Part shown: one piece after another, positions 25,647-38,294 of the stretch
How positions within the stretch are numbered: position 1 is the first letter of the stretch
How the letters are laid out: the number at the start of each line of letters is the position of its first letter
Origin: Pecten maximus
Lineage: Eukaryota
Assembly: GCF_902652985.1 (NCBI RefSeq)
Contig: NC_047018.1
Coordinates: forward strand, 23,622,001 to 23,686,000
Length of the DNA stretch: 64,000 nucleotides
Direction of reading: 5' to 3'
Translations under genes and position numbers: made by a program
Notes under the pieces: model-generated
The model's input: the letters and a program-made list of their open reading frames with translations, nothing else
Told to the model about the DNA's origin: nothing
Databases searched by the model: none

Positions 25647-26939
25647 GTAAGCAATTATCAAATGATTAAACATTCCAGGATTTTGAACAAAAAATCCCTT
25701 TTCATCTGAAACACATGTCATATATTAGTTAGAGAGCAGCACACAACACTGGCTTCCAGAAGCAATGCTATGTTTCTGGTCGGGTCACGTGTTTCTCTGC
25801 ACGCGAATCGTTTCTTCTCGACCACAGACAAACGGTCCCGGCCAGACTATTGGGTTGTTGATTAAGATGAACTCGCTTGGTAGTCAGTGGGAAACACTTT
25901 ATCCTCTGCTCACAGTTCAATAGCTACAGACATAATCTGTATATCAAGCCTGGTATGGCGACAATCGGATGCAGTTGGTATCAATCATGTATTTTACAAT
26001 AAATTCCATTGTATATTATGTTATATCAAGTTTTCACTACTCCGGCAAGGTTGTGTTTGGGTTTGTTTTCTAGTTTCATGTCATGAATATATAAACAACA
26101 GTAAATGTTTGCCTTCGTACTTTAAATTAGTAAATATTTATGAGTGTAAGTAGTTTAGCAATGATGTTATGCTACAATGGTATTTTGCATTTTACAAAAA
26201 ATGGCATAAAATTTGACTATATTCTTATCATAAAACACTAAAATGTTTTGTGTTTCTCTTGTCTCATCACACTATTTACAGACATCACCGATAAAGTAGC
26301 ATGATAGATATAAAAATAAATTTATAAAAGATGTAAATTGCTTTGTAACAAACCTCAAAAATAGTCAAACTAAATTGGTTCTATTGTAATCTTTCGTGAT
26401 GTCATCCAACATTGAAGAAAAACAATCAAGATATTTGTTATTAAATTTTCATAACTCAGTAATTATAATATTGAAAGGTCAAATGACGTGAGATTCTGAT
26501 TTTTAATGTCATTCGTTTGCAGACGTACCTCTATAAATATTTGCAGTCTTATTTGTTCATACATTTTGCCTTGAAGATGAAAAACTTCGAGAAATTATAA
26601 ATATTGATTTTTCGTGTACGTGGTAAATAACCAATAAAAAACGTTTGACAAAGGATGCTATGTAACAAAAGAACATTTTTTTGAAATATTTATCTGTGCC
26701 GGATTGAACTTTTGTGAACAAACTAATGTACCTATAAACTCCATATTCTACTGTATCTCATGCAAAAAATAAATAACGTAAAATGTGTATTTTTTGTAAC
26801 ATATATAGGATGTTAATAAACTCACAGCAACATATAATATGGATGGCTATTTGCTCTGACTATGGTAGAACTATTTAGATATGAGGACTACCACTAAATA
26901 ATACAGATACCACAATACGTCCATTGATTTGCTACCAAT

Positions 26940-27960
26940 ATGTCCATCAATATACACACCGATGACTTCCTTCGGTCGCCTTCCTCATACAAGCTTGCTG
27001 TAAGCGGACCCACAGAGCTACCATCAAAGTATATTTATTGGACAGTATCCTGATACAGCGATGATACCTAGGGTTAATAACATCCAATATGATTGCAGTA
27101 ATACCAGGATCAACCTTTGAAAGCTAAACCATGTCTTTATTATGTGTAGGTATGGTGTGTGCTATAAAACTTATTTGCCTAGATGTTCAGTAAATTAATC
27201 TAACTCATCTGAATTGATACCAAACCTAATATCACATATTGTTAGATGCTTTACCCTTTTGATGAAATATTGAAGATGTTACTGGGATATTTATATCTAT
27301 ATTGATTACAATATCGCTAATTCCATCTGTGAGCCAAGATAATGTGATATAAACTATCTTCTGATGGAATCAACTGATGGTCATAGCAATAAAACATTCG
27401 AAAATAGAGATTATTTATACAAATCCTGTCATATCTAAGTGTATTTGATAGAAAACGTGACAGAAATTTGGAACAGGTAAAACATATTCCATGTTTATAA
27501 CAATATGTGATATAGTCGAGTTATTTTAGGATGTATTCTAATATTCTGTCCTTTGGAATGCCGCTACAATAAACATATTGTAGTAACTATTACTTTAGGG
27601 GTTAAGGATTACCATCACAAAAATCAACATTTATTTTCTCTTATATGTCCTAGATTACCAATCAGTTTGAACTTCGTTGTATTTAACCACTGTCTTGGAA
27701 TTTAAAGTATTATGAATCCAACTTATACCCTGAATTACATCACAATTCTTCATTCTCCTATATATCAGTGTCCTTCAGAAAGACTCACTGCACATCCTAG
27801 ATTTACCAGGCTATGCAGAATTTTCAGATACATTCGATTATTTGAATATAAATTTCAACTGATTGATTTCGTTAGTAAACAAATAACTAATATCTTTTGA
27901 CTTTTAGAGTCACCGGAGAGTCCTAATATGAGGAAAATATGTACATGTAGTTTTAAATTT
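26940..27960 (+). mobile_element. Highly decayed Penelope-like retroelement 3' part (RT thumb, linker, GIY-YIG endonuclease relic)
   Basis: Reading across stops and frameshifts gives motifs in Penelope-like order and spacing: H-x-ATIK/SIFIGQY (~27010-27050), KSCHI*VYLIE (27421), GTGKTYSM...CD (~27470), LECRYNKH...LRIT (~27553-27615), LPIS (~27655) and PIYQC...RLCR..RYIRLFE (~27755-27850). A hammerhead-like relic follows at 27911-27940. Recognised by eye only. Confidence 0.5.
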
Positions 27961-28269
27961 TGCTCAATTCCAAATTTAATTGACTACACTTCAGTCGTTT
28001 GCACATTTCCATAAAATGTATATACATAAATGTATGAAGCATTTACAGTATTGATAATCCGTAGGCGCCACTTAACCAAATGAACTGCCTTTTCGATTTT
28101 TGATATTTCTGTTTTCTATGATGATTACAGCTTTCTGAATGTAGTGGTTAGTGTACAATTAGCTCCGCCGGTTTATTTTTCCACATTATTATGATTTATA
28201 CAATTTACCTCAATTGAAATTTTTAATTACCGTTTTAGGTTATGATTTTAGTCAATTTGTTTGATTTGA

Positions 28270-28320
28270 CCAATGCACTCTATAAAAGGCAGCTTGCACA
28301 AAGCTAGAAACTCAGTCATT
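28270..28320 (+). promoter_or_regulatory. Candidate Pol II core promoter: CCAAT, TATAAAAG, Inr (TCAGTC)
   Basis: CCAAT at 28270, TATAAAAG at 28281 and TCAGTC at 28312, placing the TATA at about -33 from the Inr adenine. Confidence 0.3.
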
Positions 28321-29189
28321 TGGTGTAGCAAATATAAAATGTTTTAGTTTTATTTAACACAACCTTTCTTTCAAAATTATGCTTAAGATTTAACACTTGC
28401 TTTTCAGAAAAGATTCTGATATTGGGATGATTTAGGTATTTTTTGTTTGCAGATGTGCTCCTTTTCTTGCTTCATTTCCATAGCAGTTTATTGGCATATT
28501 TCCATAGTATGTACCCCTAGGAATGATGCGGCTACATCGGTTTCTTACGACCTGTTCCTGGATCTATATATCATACCGCGATGTCGGTTAAACTCGTCCT
28601 GTTTGTGACAGCCAGTTCAACAAGGTTCACGGTAGTAGACAAGACTGCAGCCTGTGTCATGGATACGAGCTGCTTCTCCGTACAATGGTACTGACATGTA
28701 ATTAAAGAAATTCAACCAACTGATATTCTCAAATTAGTCAGAAACAATGGCGTGTTGAAAAAAAATGTGTGATCTGTTAAAAGGTTGTACCGAGTGTTGG
28801 CTTGTGTCCCGATTCGGGTGAAACTGGTAATATAAACAGGCTGGATTTGGACATGCTAAATTACATATATGTATATATGTTTATGTGCATTGAAACCAAT
28901 CGGTAAAATTGTACATGATCACACCCAGACATGACGTCGGAGTCACGTTGGTAAATTTCGTGGGCGTTACAATACATTCTGCACCGAATCACATTTGATT
29001 TCGGATAAAACTTTTAAATGAAAAAAAGATATACAATATACAACATATCGACACACAAGCAACACACTTTCTAAACATTTCTAAAACAATTAAAAATACA
29101 AAAATGGAACCACCTACTAACAATCAAGTTAACAGGAAATGCATCAAATCTTCACAAAATATCTGGCACACCACCACCTTCATAAAAGT

Positions 29190-29632
29190 TCATTTCCTGC
29201 AGCACATGTACCCCCTCAGAATATCATCTCCTGCAGCACATGTACCCCCTCAGAATATCATCTCCTGCAGCACATGTACCCCCTCACAATATCATTTCCT
29301 ACAGCACATGTACCCCCTCACAATATCATTTCCTGCAGCACATGAACCCCCTCAGAATATCATCTCCTACAGCACATGTACCCCCTCACAATATCATTTC
29401 CTACAGCACATGTACCCCCTCACAATATCATTTCCTGCAGCACATGAACCCCCTCAGAATATCATCTCCTACAGCACATGTACCCCCTCAGAATATCATC
29501 TCCTACAGCACATGTACCCCCTCAGAATATCATCTCCTACAGCACATGTACCCCCTCACATATCATCTCCTGCAGCACATGTACCCCCTCACATATCATC
29601 TCCTGCAGCACATGTACCCCCTCAGAATATCA
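29190..29632. repeat. Minisatellite, 34-bp unit (CCTGCAGCACATGTACCCCCTCAGAATATCATCT), ~13 copies
   Basis: Units at 29196, 29230 and onward; variant CATGAACCCC recurs 102 bp apart. Explains ORFs within 29104..29683. Confidence 0.97.
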
Positions 29633-30388
29633 TTGATCACACAGAGAAACTATACAGTTGCCTGTATTAAATATGATAATTGAAATTCAATTAACCCTAT
29701 GTAGAGTGAATTATCTCGAATCTGGTAGAACACCTTAGCTACTAAGTATATTGGCTAATCTGTATCATTAGATATAATGAAAGTCTTTAACATGTAGGCT
29801 TACTAAACCATGATACCAGTGCATGTAGGGTTTATAAACAAAGACATAATTATATTAGAACGATTGTAACCGGCGTGAAATGAAAGCAGTTTGTCATAAC
29901 TGATTATATAGAGAGACATTAAACATATTTTGTCATAAGTGTTGGTAGTGATTTGGGGATTACACAACACTGGCATGTCACAAATGAAACTTGATATTGA
30001 GTGTCGAGATAATACTTTTGTCATTCATGTTCTTGTTTAACTATTAGAATCATATATATTATTGTTGACGTAATTTCCATTAACTTCTACATTCGTCCTT
30101 TGTCCATGTCAATAGCAGGTCATGCTGGGTGGATTTATCCGAGATTTCATCTCAAGAAGTGGTATAAGCGACAGTACTGTTGCGAAATAGGCCAAAACTT
30201 AAAAGGCATTTGATGTGTGTACATGAATGTTCTAACAGGAGGTTTGACAATGACGTCACACAATCAATAACACGGGGACAAAACAATGCAGAATAATTAA
30301 ATACGGTTGTTCACATAACAAATCGGATAACATATGATATAAATCCTTTTAATTTATCATTTGTTGTAGAGAGTCCAACAACCGTTCT

Positions 30389-30440
30389 AATACTACCCAA
30401 TGATTCTGATACTACCCAATGATTCTGATACTACCTAATA
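30389..30440. repeat. 19-bp tandem repeat, ~2.7 copies (TGATACTACCCAATGATTC)
   Basis: Directly visible. Confidence 0.8.
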
Positions 30441-33400
30441 ATTTCAATATAAAGTACATTACATATTCCCTACCCTGATATAGTCAGTGTGGTTATTACA
30501 TACACGTATAGTTGGACTGAGACTGGCTGATAATGTATGCTCCTGAGTGAGAAGTCAGAGACCGGCATTATGACGTTATAAAAAGGACACTGCTTTGATG
30601 GAAGACAACAGCAGCAATGTTTTAGATGATTTGATGAGTAATTATCGGAAATTATTTCAACAAACTATGAAAAATTAATGTAACGTCGGGATTTTTGTGT
30701 GTGTATACAGAACTGATCAAGATAGCAATGTATTAGACGGTGACACGGAGCCTAATATTACATCTGATCAATCACTCTAAACTATCAACAAACTCAGGAC
30801 GACGACATTTTGTTATGGCCGGGCAGCTGCACGCGACGATGTAGGTGACAGGAAAGACTACACTAATTACCGGTCTTGTAAAGGAATCCGGATAAACCAA
30901 TCCAACATTATCTCCAAATTGTCAGTATTTTGTTGAAGATTACAAAATTATCGTAAACACATTTTTTTATCGTTTCCTCCATTCCTTCACCACATATGAA
31001 TTAAATATCTAGATTTTTTTTCTGTTATTATTGTATTAAGTGGTATTATCGGATATTGTATGTCTAATTGATAGATAGTATTATCTCTCTCTCATCAATC
31101 AAAAAGGGAAAAATATATTTTATATTTTGTCAATAATGAAACCATCAATATTACCTGTTAGTCTTATACTCAGCATTTCGTGTGTCCAAATATAAAATAG
31201 AGATGAATCTCATACATTATATAAGGAAACCACAAGCATTTTTCTTATTTTTTCATGTTTACCATTAAAACTTAGATGCATTTATTTCCAGTTTTAAATT
31301 TAGTTCGGCTTACATAAGATAACAATTTTATCTATAGGGGTATAGCCCAAGACAGGCGAGTGTATAAAACGATTGTTTTCACTTCTGTAACCCACCATAT
31401 ATTTATTATTGTGATGGGAATCTTACGAAGGGATGTTTACACGATTTAAGTGCTTTATTATATTATCAATATACATTACGATACTTCAAGATTCTTCGTT
31501 AATATCGAATAATTGTCAAGTAAATGCATTCATATATAATGTAATGTTTAGGAATGTATTATTTATATCGAGGACGGTACTTGGAATTTTATTATTGATA
31601 TCCAGTGCAACAGTTATAAATCTAATATTATATCTAGTACGGATATTAGAAATGTATTAACATCTATTACAATACAACGGAATTAATTGTTGATATTGAA
31701 TGCAGAGTTTTATAGTGTTTATATATCAATTATACCGAATCTGTACCGTACTCGTCATACGTATACAGACATTTCCATTTAGTTACCCATTCCTGCAATC
31801 GAACAAAGATTAAAAACATTTCGCCTCTACCGATATTAACTGTCATGTACTGGTAATGTCTACCAGGGGAATTGTCAGGCCAGGAATGAAAGAAACAGAG
31901 GCCGACCCAGCCACTGTAGTCATCGTCACCATTACGAACGTTTGCTCTTTTGATTGACGCCAAAATCGGAGGTAATTTGAAAAATTAATCTGGAAAAGCT
32001 GGTCACAAGACGCCAGTGTTGATAAGAAATAAGGTCCTGGGGCTAAAACTAAACGACCATTTTGGCGCATAGTAGAAAGTTACTCGCGACGCTAGGTAGA
32101 TAATATCTACTGCACGGCATCCAGTCACTGAAACATGCCTGGGTATATCGTACATAGCCTGGTTACCTTTACACAGATAAATGTGGAGTTATCGCCCCTA
32201 ATATCCTGACTATATCACACCCTTTCATGGATAATGTCGACACATGCAGGTTATGGACATGTATGAATCATTTCCAATCAAATATAGGCTCAATTACACT
32301 ATACAAAACGATTAACGTGATGACATCATAGCACAGAGGTTAACCGGTCTGGAGAAGGGTTTCTAGTTACTTTAGCCGACGAAGCGAAGGGTTTTTGAAA
32401 ATACTTTCATTACGTTTCAAAGTGAAACATTCAAATGAAGGAACATAAATGGCATTATTCTCGAGAGAGTGGTCGAAGAATGCTTAAAACAACGGCTAAA
32501 TGACAGCAAATGAAAATGGCGTTTACGGTGTTATCAGCATCTCGTTGACAGTGATGGTGGGGATCTCATCATACCTGTAATTGTCTCGGGCAAACATCAA
32601 AGGCGCCACCATGTCAGGTAAAAATAATTTCGCGGGAGTAATTGTTTTTAATACAATAATGCATACGTTATATGATTACTCTCAGTCTCAATTATGTCAA
32701 GGGCGCCCTGTTAAACAGATAATCTTCCCTCACTATCCAGATTTGACAACAATTTCATAGTTTTTTTTACATGAAATTAAAGAAAATTATGCATAAAAAA
32801 TCACATCTTATGTCAATTGTGTTTGTTTATGTTGTTGTATTTAACAAAACAGTACGAAACCGACGGTTGTCCTTAATTACGACGCCACACGCGCAGTCGA
32901 ACGTGTAGTTTCGGCCTTTTCATGTCTTGTTGAGATAGGTATCAGACATCCCCACTATCCATCCAATTTCGATGTTTCTCTTCGCGTTATGTGTCTTTTA
33001 ATGAATAAATAATCACACAGGATCATTACACACGCCAACAATGACCTGTCGTCGAATGTGTAATGGAATCACTTAGGGATGGATATTTATAGTATCGAAC
33101 TAGGGAAACTTCTATAAACATTAGCGTTGCAATCAAAATTGTCTAAACTCTAGATACATTTTCTGTGCTGTTAATTTTGTAGACTTTTGATACACCACTT
33201 TAAACCGCAAATAAGTACAGAAATATCCTGCTGTCATATAAATTCTACAGTAGTTTACGAATTTAGGAAAAACAGTTAATTGGTTTTTGTTATACATTAT
33301 ATTTAACAAGCCCAGTCTCAGCCTTTGTTAACACCCCATCAAAATGTTATTCTGCGATGATAAGTGTCTTGAGATGAATACTCCCTAACAGATGTGATGT

Positions 33401-36203
33401 CATGTTGAAATATTTTATTTATACATTGTAATTAAAGCTATGCTTTTTCAAAGAATGACAAATATGGATTTAAAGCATTTTACCGGAAATCAATCGTGAT
33501 TCTATCGATGTACACGTTAACTATGTTTGTGTATATATTTATGTAATATGTATGTTAAATCTAAACTACAATTCTTAACGCGATCCTCGTTTACGTACAT
33601 CACCCGAGAACACTCCTAGTATTCCATAATTAACTTTACATGAACATTGTTTTGTTTTATTGTTGTTGTTTTTTTCTTCAGAAACCTTGCAATGGCGGTC
33701 GCGGCGTGATAAGAATAGGCGATATAATACGTGAACCGTATGACGGACATTCTGCTCGTCATAGATACTATCGGCAGGACACTAATAGCCTAAAGTGCTC
33801 ATAATTTGGCACGTCTAGTCAAGTGCCACCCCGCTGAGAAATCAACACATCAATGTATATACGTGGTGTCTTGTTTCTATTCCTGGTACATGTGGAAAAT
33901 TTATTCACTATTCATTTCATTAAACACAATGAAAACGAAATAATGAAATATCACTTTTTATATCTAATAACGAATGTGAATCACGTAACTTTCAATGTCT
34001 TCGTTCTATTTCCTACATGTCAGTCAACCAACAAATGTTAGTAGACGGGGACTTTGTGTCATTAGTTATGTCAAAAACTACTTATGTTAATTATGGCGTT
34101 AGAGGACATGTGGGGGTCTGACCCGTGTATCTATCATGTAAAATTCTGTGTTTCACTTAAAGAAACATACATTTATATGCGTACCTCGGCATTAATGGCT
34201 AAAATGCTCACATGCAATCACATTTCACCGGAAGTGCTAAATAAACCTCTTTTTAACGAATTTGACAAGATTGGATATGTGCTATATCTATTACTTAATT
34301 CACCGTTAAAAGAACTATTAACTTGTGTATATTTTGCTCAATTCCTTCAGGAAACTGATTAAAAAATGAAAATGCGTCTTTGAGTATAATCGTATTTTCA
34401 TGAACAGCTTTAAACCAGGAAATTATTCCACAACGTCAAATGTAGACTGACCCACTGTCTCTAGAATATCGAAAACAACGACTGGACTGATCTTTATAAT
34501 TTACGTCGCTACGATATGTCTGAACCTCAGTTTCAAACTGGGGTCGATAATCTTAAAATCTAGCATGGTATCGTTAGGGACTGGTAGCGAGTCTATGTTA
34601 AATGGCATACATGAATATTGGAAAATCAAATATATTTATTATGATAGCGCTTTTTTCATATACAAATACTACCTGGTTACATGAATAAAGTGTACATTTA
34701 AGTAACTGAGTTTTGGCATATTATTGCAGAACAAATTTTGAGTTCAAATAAGAATATACCACGATTAAGTCTTTCAAATCTAATTAGTTTTATATTGTAT
34801 GCACGTAAATTAACTTTTGTTCATTGCCCTTAAATTAAGATAGCAAAACCATATTTATATCTTAATCTTATTTTTCCTTCACCTAATTTCTGAAGATTTT
34901 ATGTTCACCCTGGTCTTAGATCATAGGGTGTTCTCCCCAAAGGTAAAGTTTATTTAGTGTGACGGGCTCAATTCCAACTCTTCTAGCCCTCAGGTGTTTG
35001 GAAAAGGTAAACCTGGCTTGATCATTGTGCATTCAATGTCGCGTTCAAAACATAATTGTTTGTTTATTGTAAACAGCCGGAACAAGGCACTATTTATCGT
35101 TGTTATGTTACTTCGCCAGCTACTTAGCCGGAAGCGGCGTAGGGACACAAGGAAGTCAGTGACATTGTGTCCGATACCTTCTTTCAACATTTTTATATAG
35201 TACGTACCTACCTTCGAGCACATTGATATTATTATCTTGGTAATTACAGAACTGTAATCAATCCTCAATGGCTTTTATTAACATTATTTGGAAGACAAAC
35301 ACAAAACAAAAGAACAAAACACATTCAACAAATAGACGCTGTGTTATCGTAGCACATAAAAGAGAGCTGGTGCCTCTAGGAAAATGCAGATGAGTTACGA
35401 AGGGATGTTTTTGCTAATACATCAAGTTATCTGTAACATGTTTTCAATACAAGTTAACCTTATGAATTACGTTAAAAACAGTGTAGTTGAAAGGGTCAAA
35501 ATTGCCGTGAAACATTTGTTCAGTATGTTTCATGAATGTTAATAGATTGTTAATTAAATATTCTGACAATGTTATGTATTACGTCGTGTTAATTAAGTCC
35601 ATGTTAACAAAACATGTATGTTGTTGTCTCCCCTTCATGATCCCAATTTTAAACAAGACCTCGATCGAAGTATCAATTATACCTAGCCCTTGGACAGAGT
35701 TAATTAATGACCGGTAACTATAGATTATTCCTGCAGCTTCGACCAAGCAATTTTACCTCTCCGGCGAACAGATACATCTCTTCAAATTGAAGCCATAAAA
35801 ACAGCTGATATTATGTTGTGGAAAAAAGTGTTTTCATACACTTCCCTCGTTTCCTAACTTAAATGACTCATTTTTTCGTTCAATACATCACGGAAAAATA
35901 AATGGTCATGTGATAATATAGGGATGTATACTAGTAAGTATATACTATATATGCAGAGTTTGTATTGTGCAATTTGATTTGATATATTTGTTAACAATAT
36001 TTGTTATAAATTGAAATTCCGTTAAGCATTGTGGCTGTAATTAGGTCACGTTTTTGACACAATAGCCTGATAGAAAGTTACTGAACTTTTGATTAGATAA
36101 TCATAGATATATTTCAACATAGAGGGATGAGAACTATTTGAAAACTTTGAACATTAAAAGAGAGAGAATATCCAATATGAATCTCAACCATTTGAGCTCG
36201 TAC

Positions 36204-36380
36204 TAGATTACATATGTACAGCATTATAACTTTTTTCTAGATTACATATGTACACAATTAGAAATATTTCTAGATTACACATGAACATCATTAGAACTAT
36301 TTCTAGATTGTATAAATACACCATTAGGACTTTTTCTAGATTACACATGTACAACATTATAACTTTTACTATATTACATA
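36204..36380. repeat. Degenerate 33-34-bp tandem repeat, ~5 copies (TAGATTACATATGTACA...ATTA.AACTTTTTC)
   Basis: CTAGATT recurs every 33-34 nt. Confidence 0.85.
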
Positions 36381-36454
36381 CTTAATTGCTTCTTCTGATT
36401 CCCGAATCGGTCTTTGAAATATAATTAACGATTTTGTTTTATTTTTCCTTCTTG

Positions 36455-37140
36455 TCCTTTGTCTTCCGTACTTCTGTCTTCCGTACTTCTGTCTTCCGTA
36501 CGTCTGTCTTCCGTACGTCAGTCTTCCGTACTTCTGTCTTTCGTACTTCTACTTCTGTCGTCAGTACTTGTCTTCCGTACTTCTGTCTTCAGTACTTCTG
36601 TCCTCCGTACTTCTGTCTTTCGTCCTTCTATCTTCCGTACTTCCGTCTTCCGCGCCATTCTGTCTTTAATACTTCTGTCTTCAGTACTTCTGTCTTCAGT
36701 ACTTCTATCTTCCGTCATTCTGTCTTCAGTACTTCCGTCTTCAGTACTTCCGTCTTCCGTATTCCTGTCTTAAGTATTTATGTCTTCAGTACTTCTGTCT
36801 TCAGTACTTCTGTCTTCCGTACTTCTATCTTCCGTACTTCTGTCTTCCGTACTTCTGCCTTCAGTACTTCTGTCTTTCGTACTTCTATCTTCAGTACTTC
36901 TGTCTTTTGTACTTCTATCTTCCGTCCTTCTGTCTTCCGCCCTTCTGTCTTCCGTACTTCTATCTTCCGTCATTCTGTCTTCCGCCCTTCTGTCTTCCGT
37001 ACTTCTTTATTCAGTACTTCTGTCTTCCGTCCTTCTATCTTCCGTCCTTCTATCTTCCGTACTTCTATCTCCCGTCATTCCGTACTCCGTCATTCTGTCT
37101 TTAGTACTTCTGTCTTTAGTACTTCTGTCTTCTGTCCTTT
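36455..37140. repeat. Minisatellite, 15-bp unit (TCTGTCTTCCGTACT), ~45 copies
   Basis: Visible periodicity; pyrimidine-rich plus strand. Explains the TSVFR/SSVLL/TEDRS ORFs within 36434..37192. Confidence 0.97.
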
Positions 37141-38197
37141 CATGTTCTGTAATATCTTAAATCTATACACAAATATTTATCAACAAAATTGAAACGTAAA
37201 AACATGCTGCATCGTTTAATACTAATTCGAAAGCTCCCAAACGTTGTTTATCTTATCAATATACATGGGTATGTGTGATGATATGCAGATTCTGTTCAAT
37301 TCCTCGTCCAGTACATCGTTATAATTGGTAAGCATAATCTGCTTTAATTTCCAATGAATTATCATTTTACTGTGTTGTTGGTATTTGACGTTGCATCATG
37401 CAGTGCGTATCGTGTGGAATATCATTGGCCTTCCTTGGTAGTATTATTGTAGTCAGTGCGGTTTTTAGATCCCGCGAAGTTGGTGGTATGGTTAGTGATT
37501 TATCGTTTTAACTCGTGCTGTGGCCTTTACCTCTTAGTAGCCTTATAAATGTCTCATTATCAATCGTCGCCTTTCCACCAGCTACCCAGGTATAAAATAA
37601 CCGGCTGATTTTTTTCTGTAAAAAATTAATAGAGATCTTCTGTTGAAACCTAATTGCTTTGATGACAGCGGGGAATCGAAAGGGTGTACACCCGATACAT
37701 CAGACTCTGGCCCAACAGAAGGAGATTCTTACAGAAAATAATCCCCGTCGGATCAAAGAGAAGGGAGGATACATCGCAGATTTTGACTACCCTTGCCCAT
37801 AACTACCCCGTTGTAGAAATCCTTGGCCCCGGGGTACATTCTCGCCAGGATGTGGTGTCTAATATCACAATACCGTCATCTCCTACTAATGATGGACGGG
37901 GCTCAATAATGGCGGATACATCCCGTTCGAGTCCTCTTGTATATGCTCCCCTTTACACTGGCTCCCGCACTCTACCTAATACTGTGTAATTTTGAGAGCT
38001 GGGTAGCAGCCTGCTGATGAATGGGGTGTAGGATATTCACACGACTATGTATGTGATTAACCCCTGTCGGTAAGGCTATACCGGTATTCCTTTAACACTT
38101 CCTATCGGGGTAGTTGGTAGATGTCCATAAAGTTTGACTACTGCAATGATTTTGACTTGCTTATTTCTACCCTCTTAATTTTCCTCAGATTATGCTT

Positions 38198-38294
38198 CTG
38201 TTGTAATTGCTGCTGCTGCTGTTGTTGTTACTGTTGTTGATACTGTTGTTGTTGCTGCTTCTGCTGCTGACGACGACGACGACGATGATGATGC
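38198..38294. repeat. Compound trinucleotide microsatellite (GCT/GTT/GAC/GAT)
   Basis: Directly visible; followed by poly-T tracts near 38327 and 38553. Confidence 0.9.

Noticed and set aside
29104-29683. ORFs of 188, 147 and 68 aa
   Set aside because: The 34-bp unit cycles through all frames, so these are repeat artefacts.
36434-37192. TSVFR / SSVLL / TEDRS pentapeptide ORFs
   Set aside because: A 15-bp minisatellite open in several frames on both strands, with frame-breaking indels.
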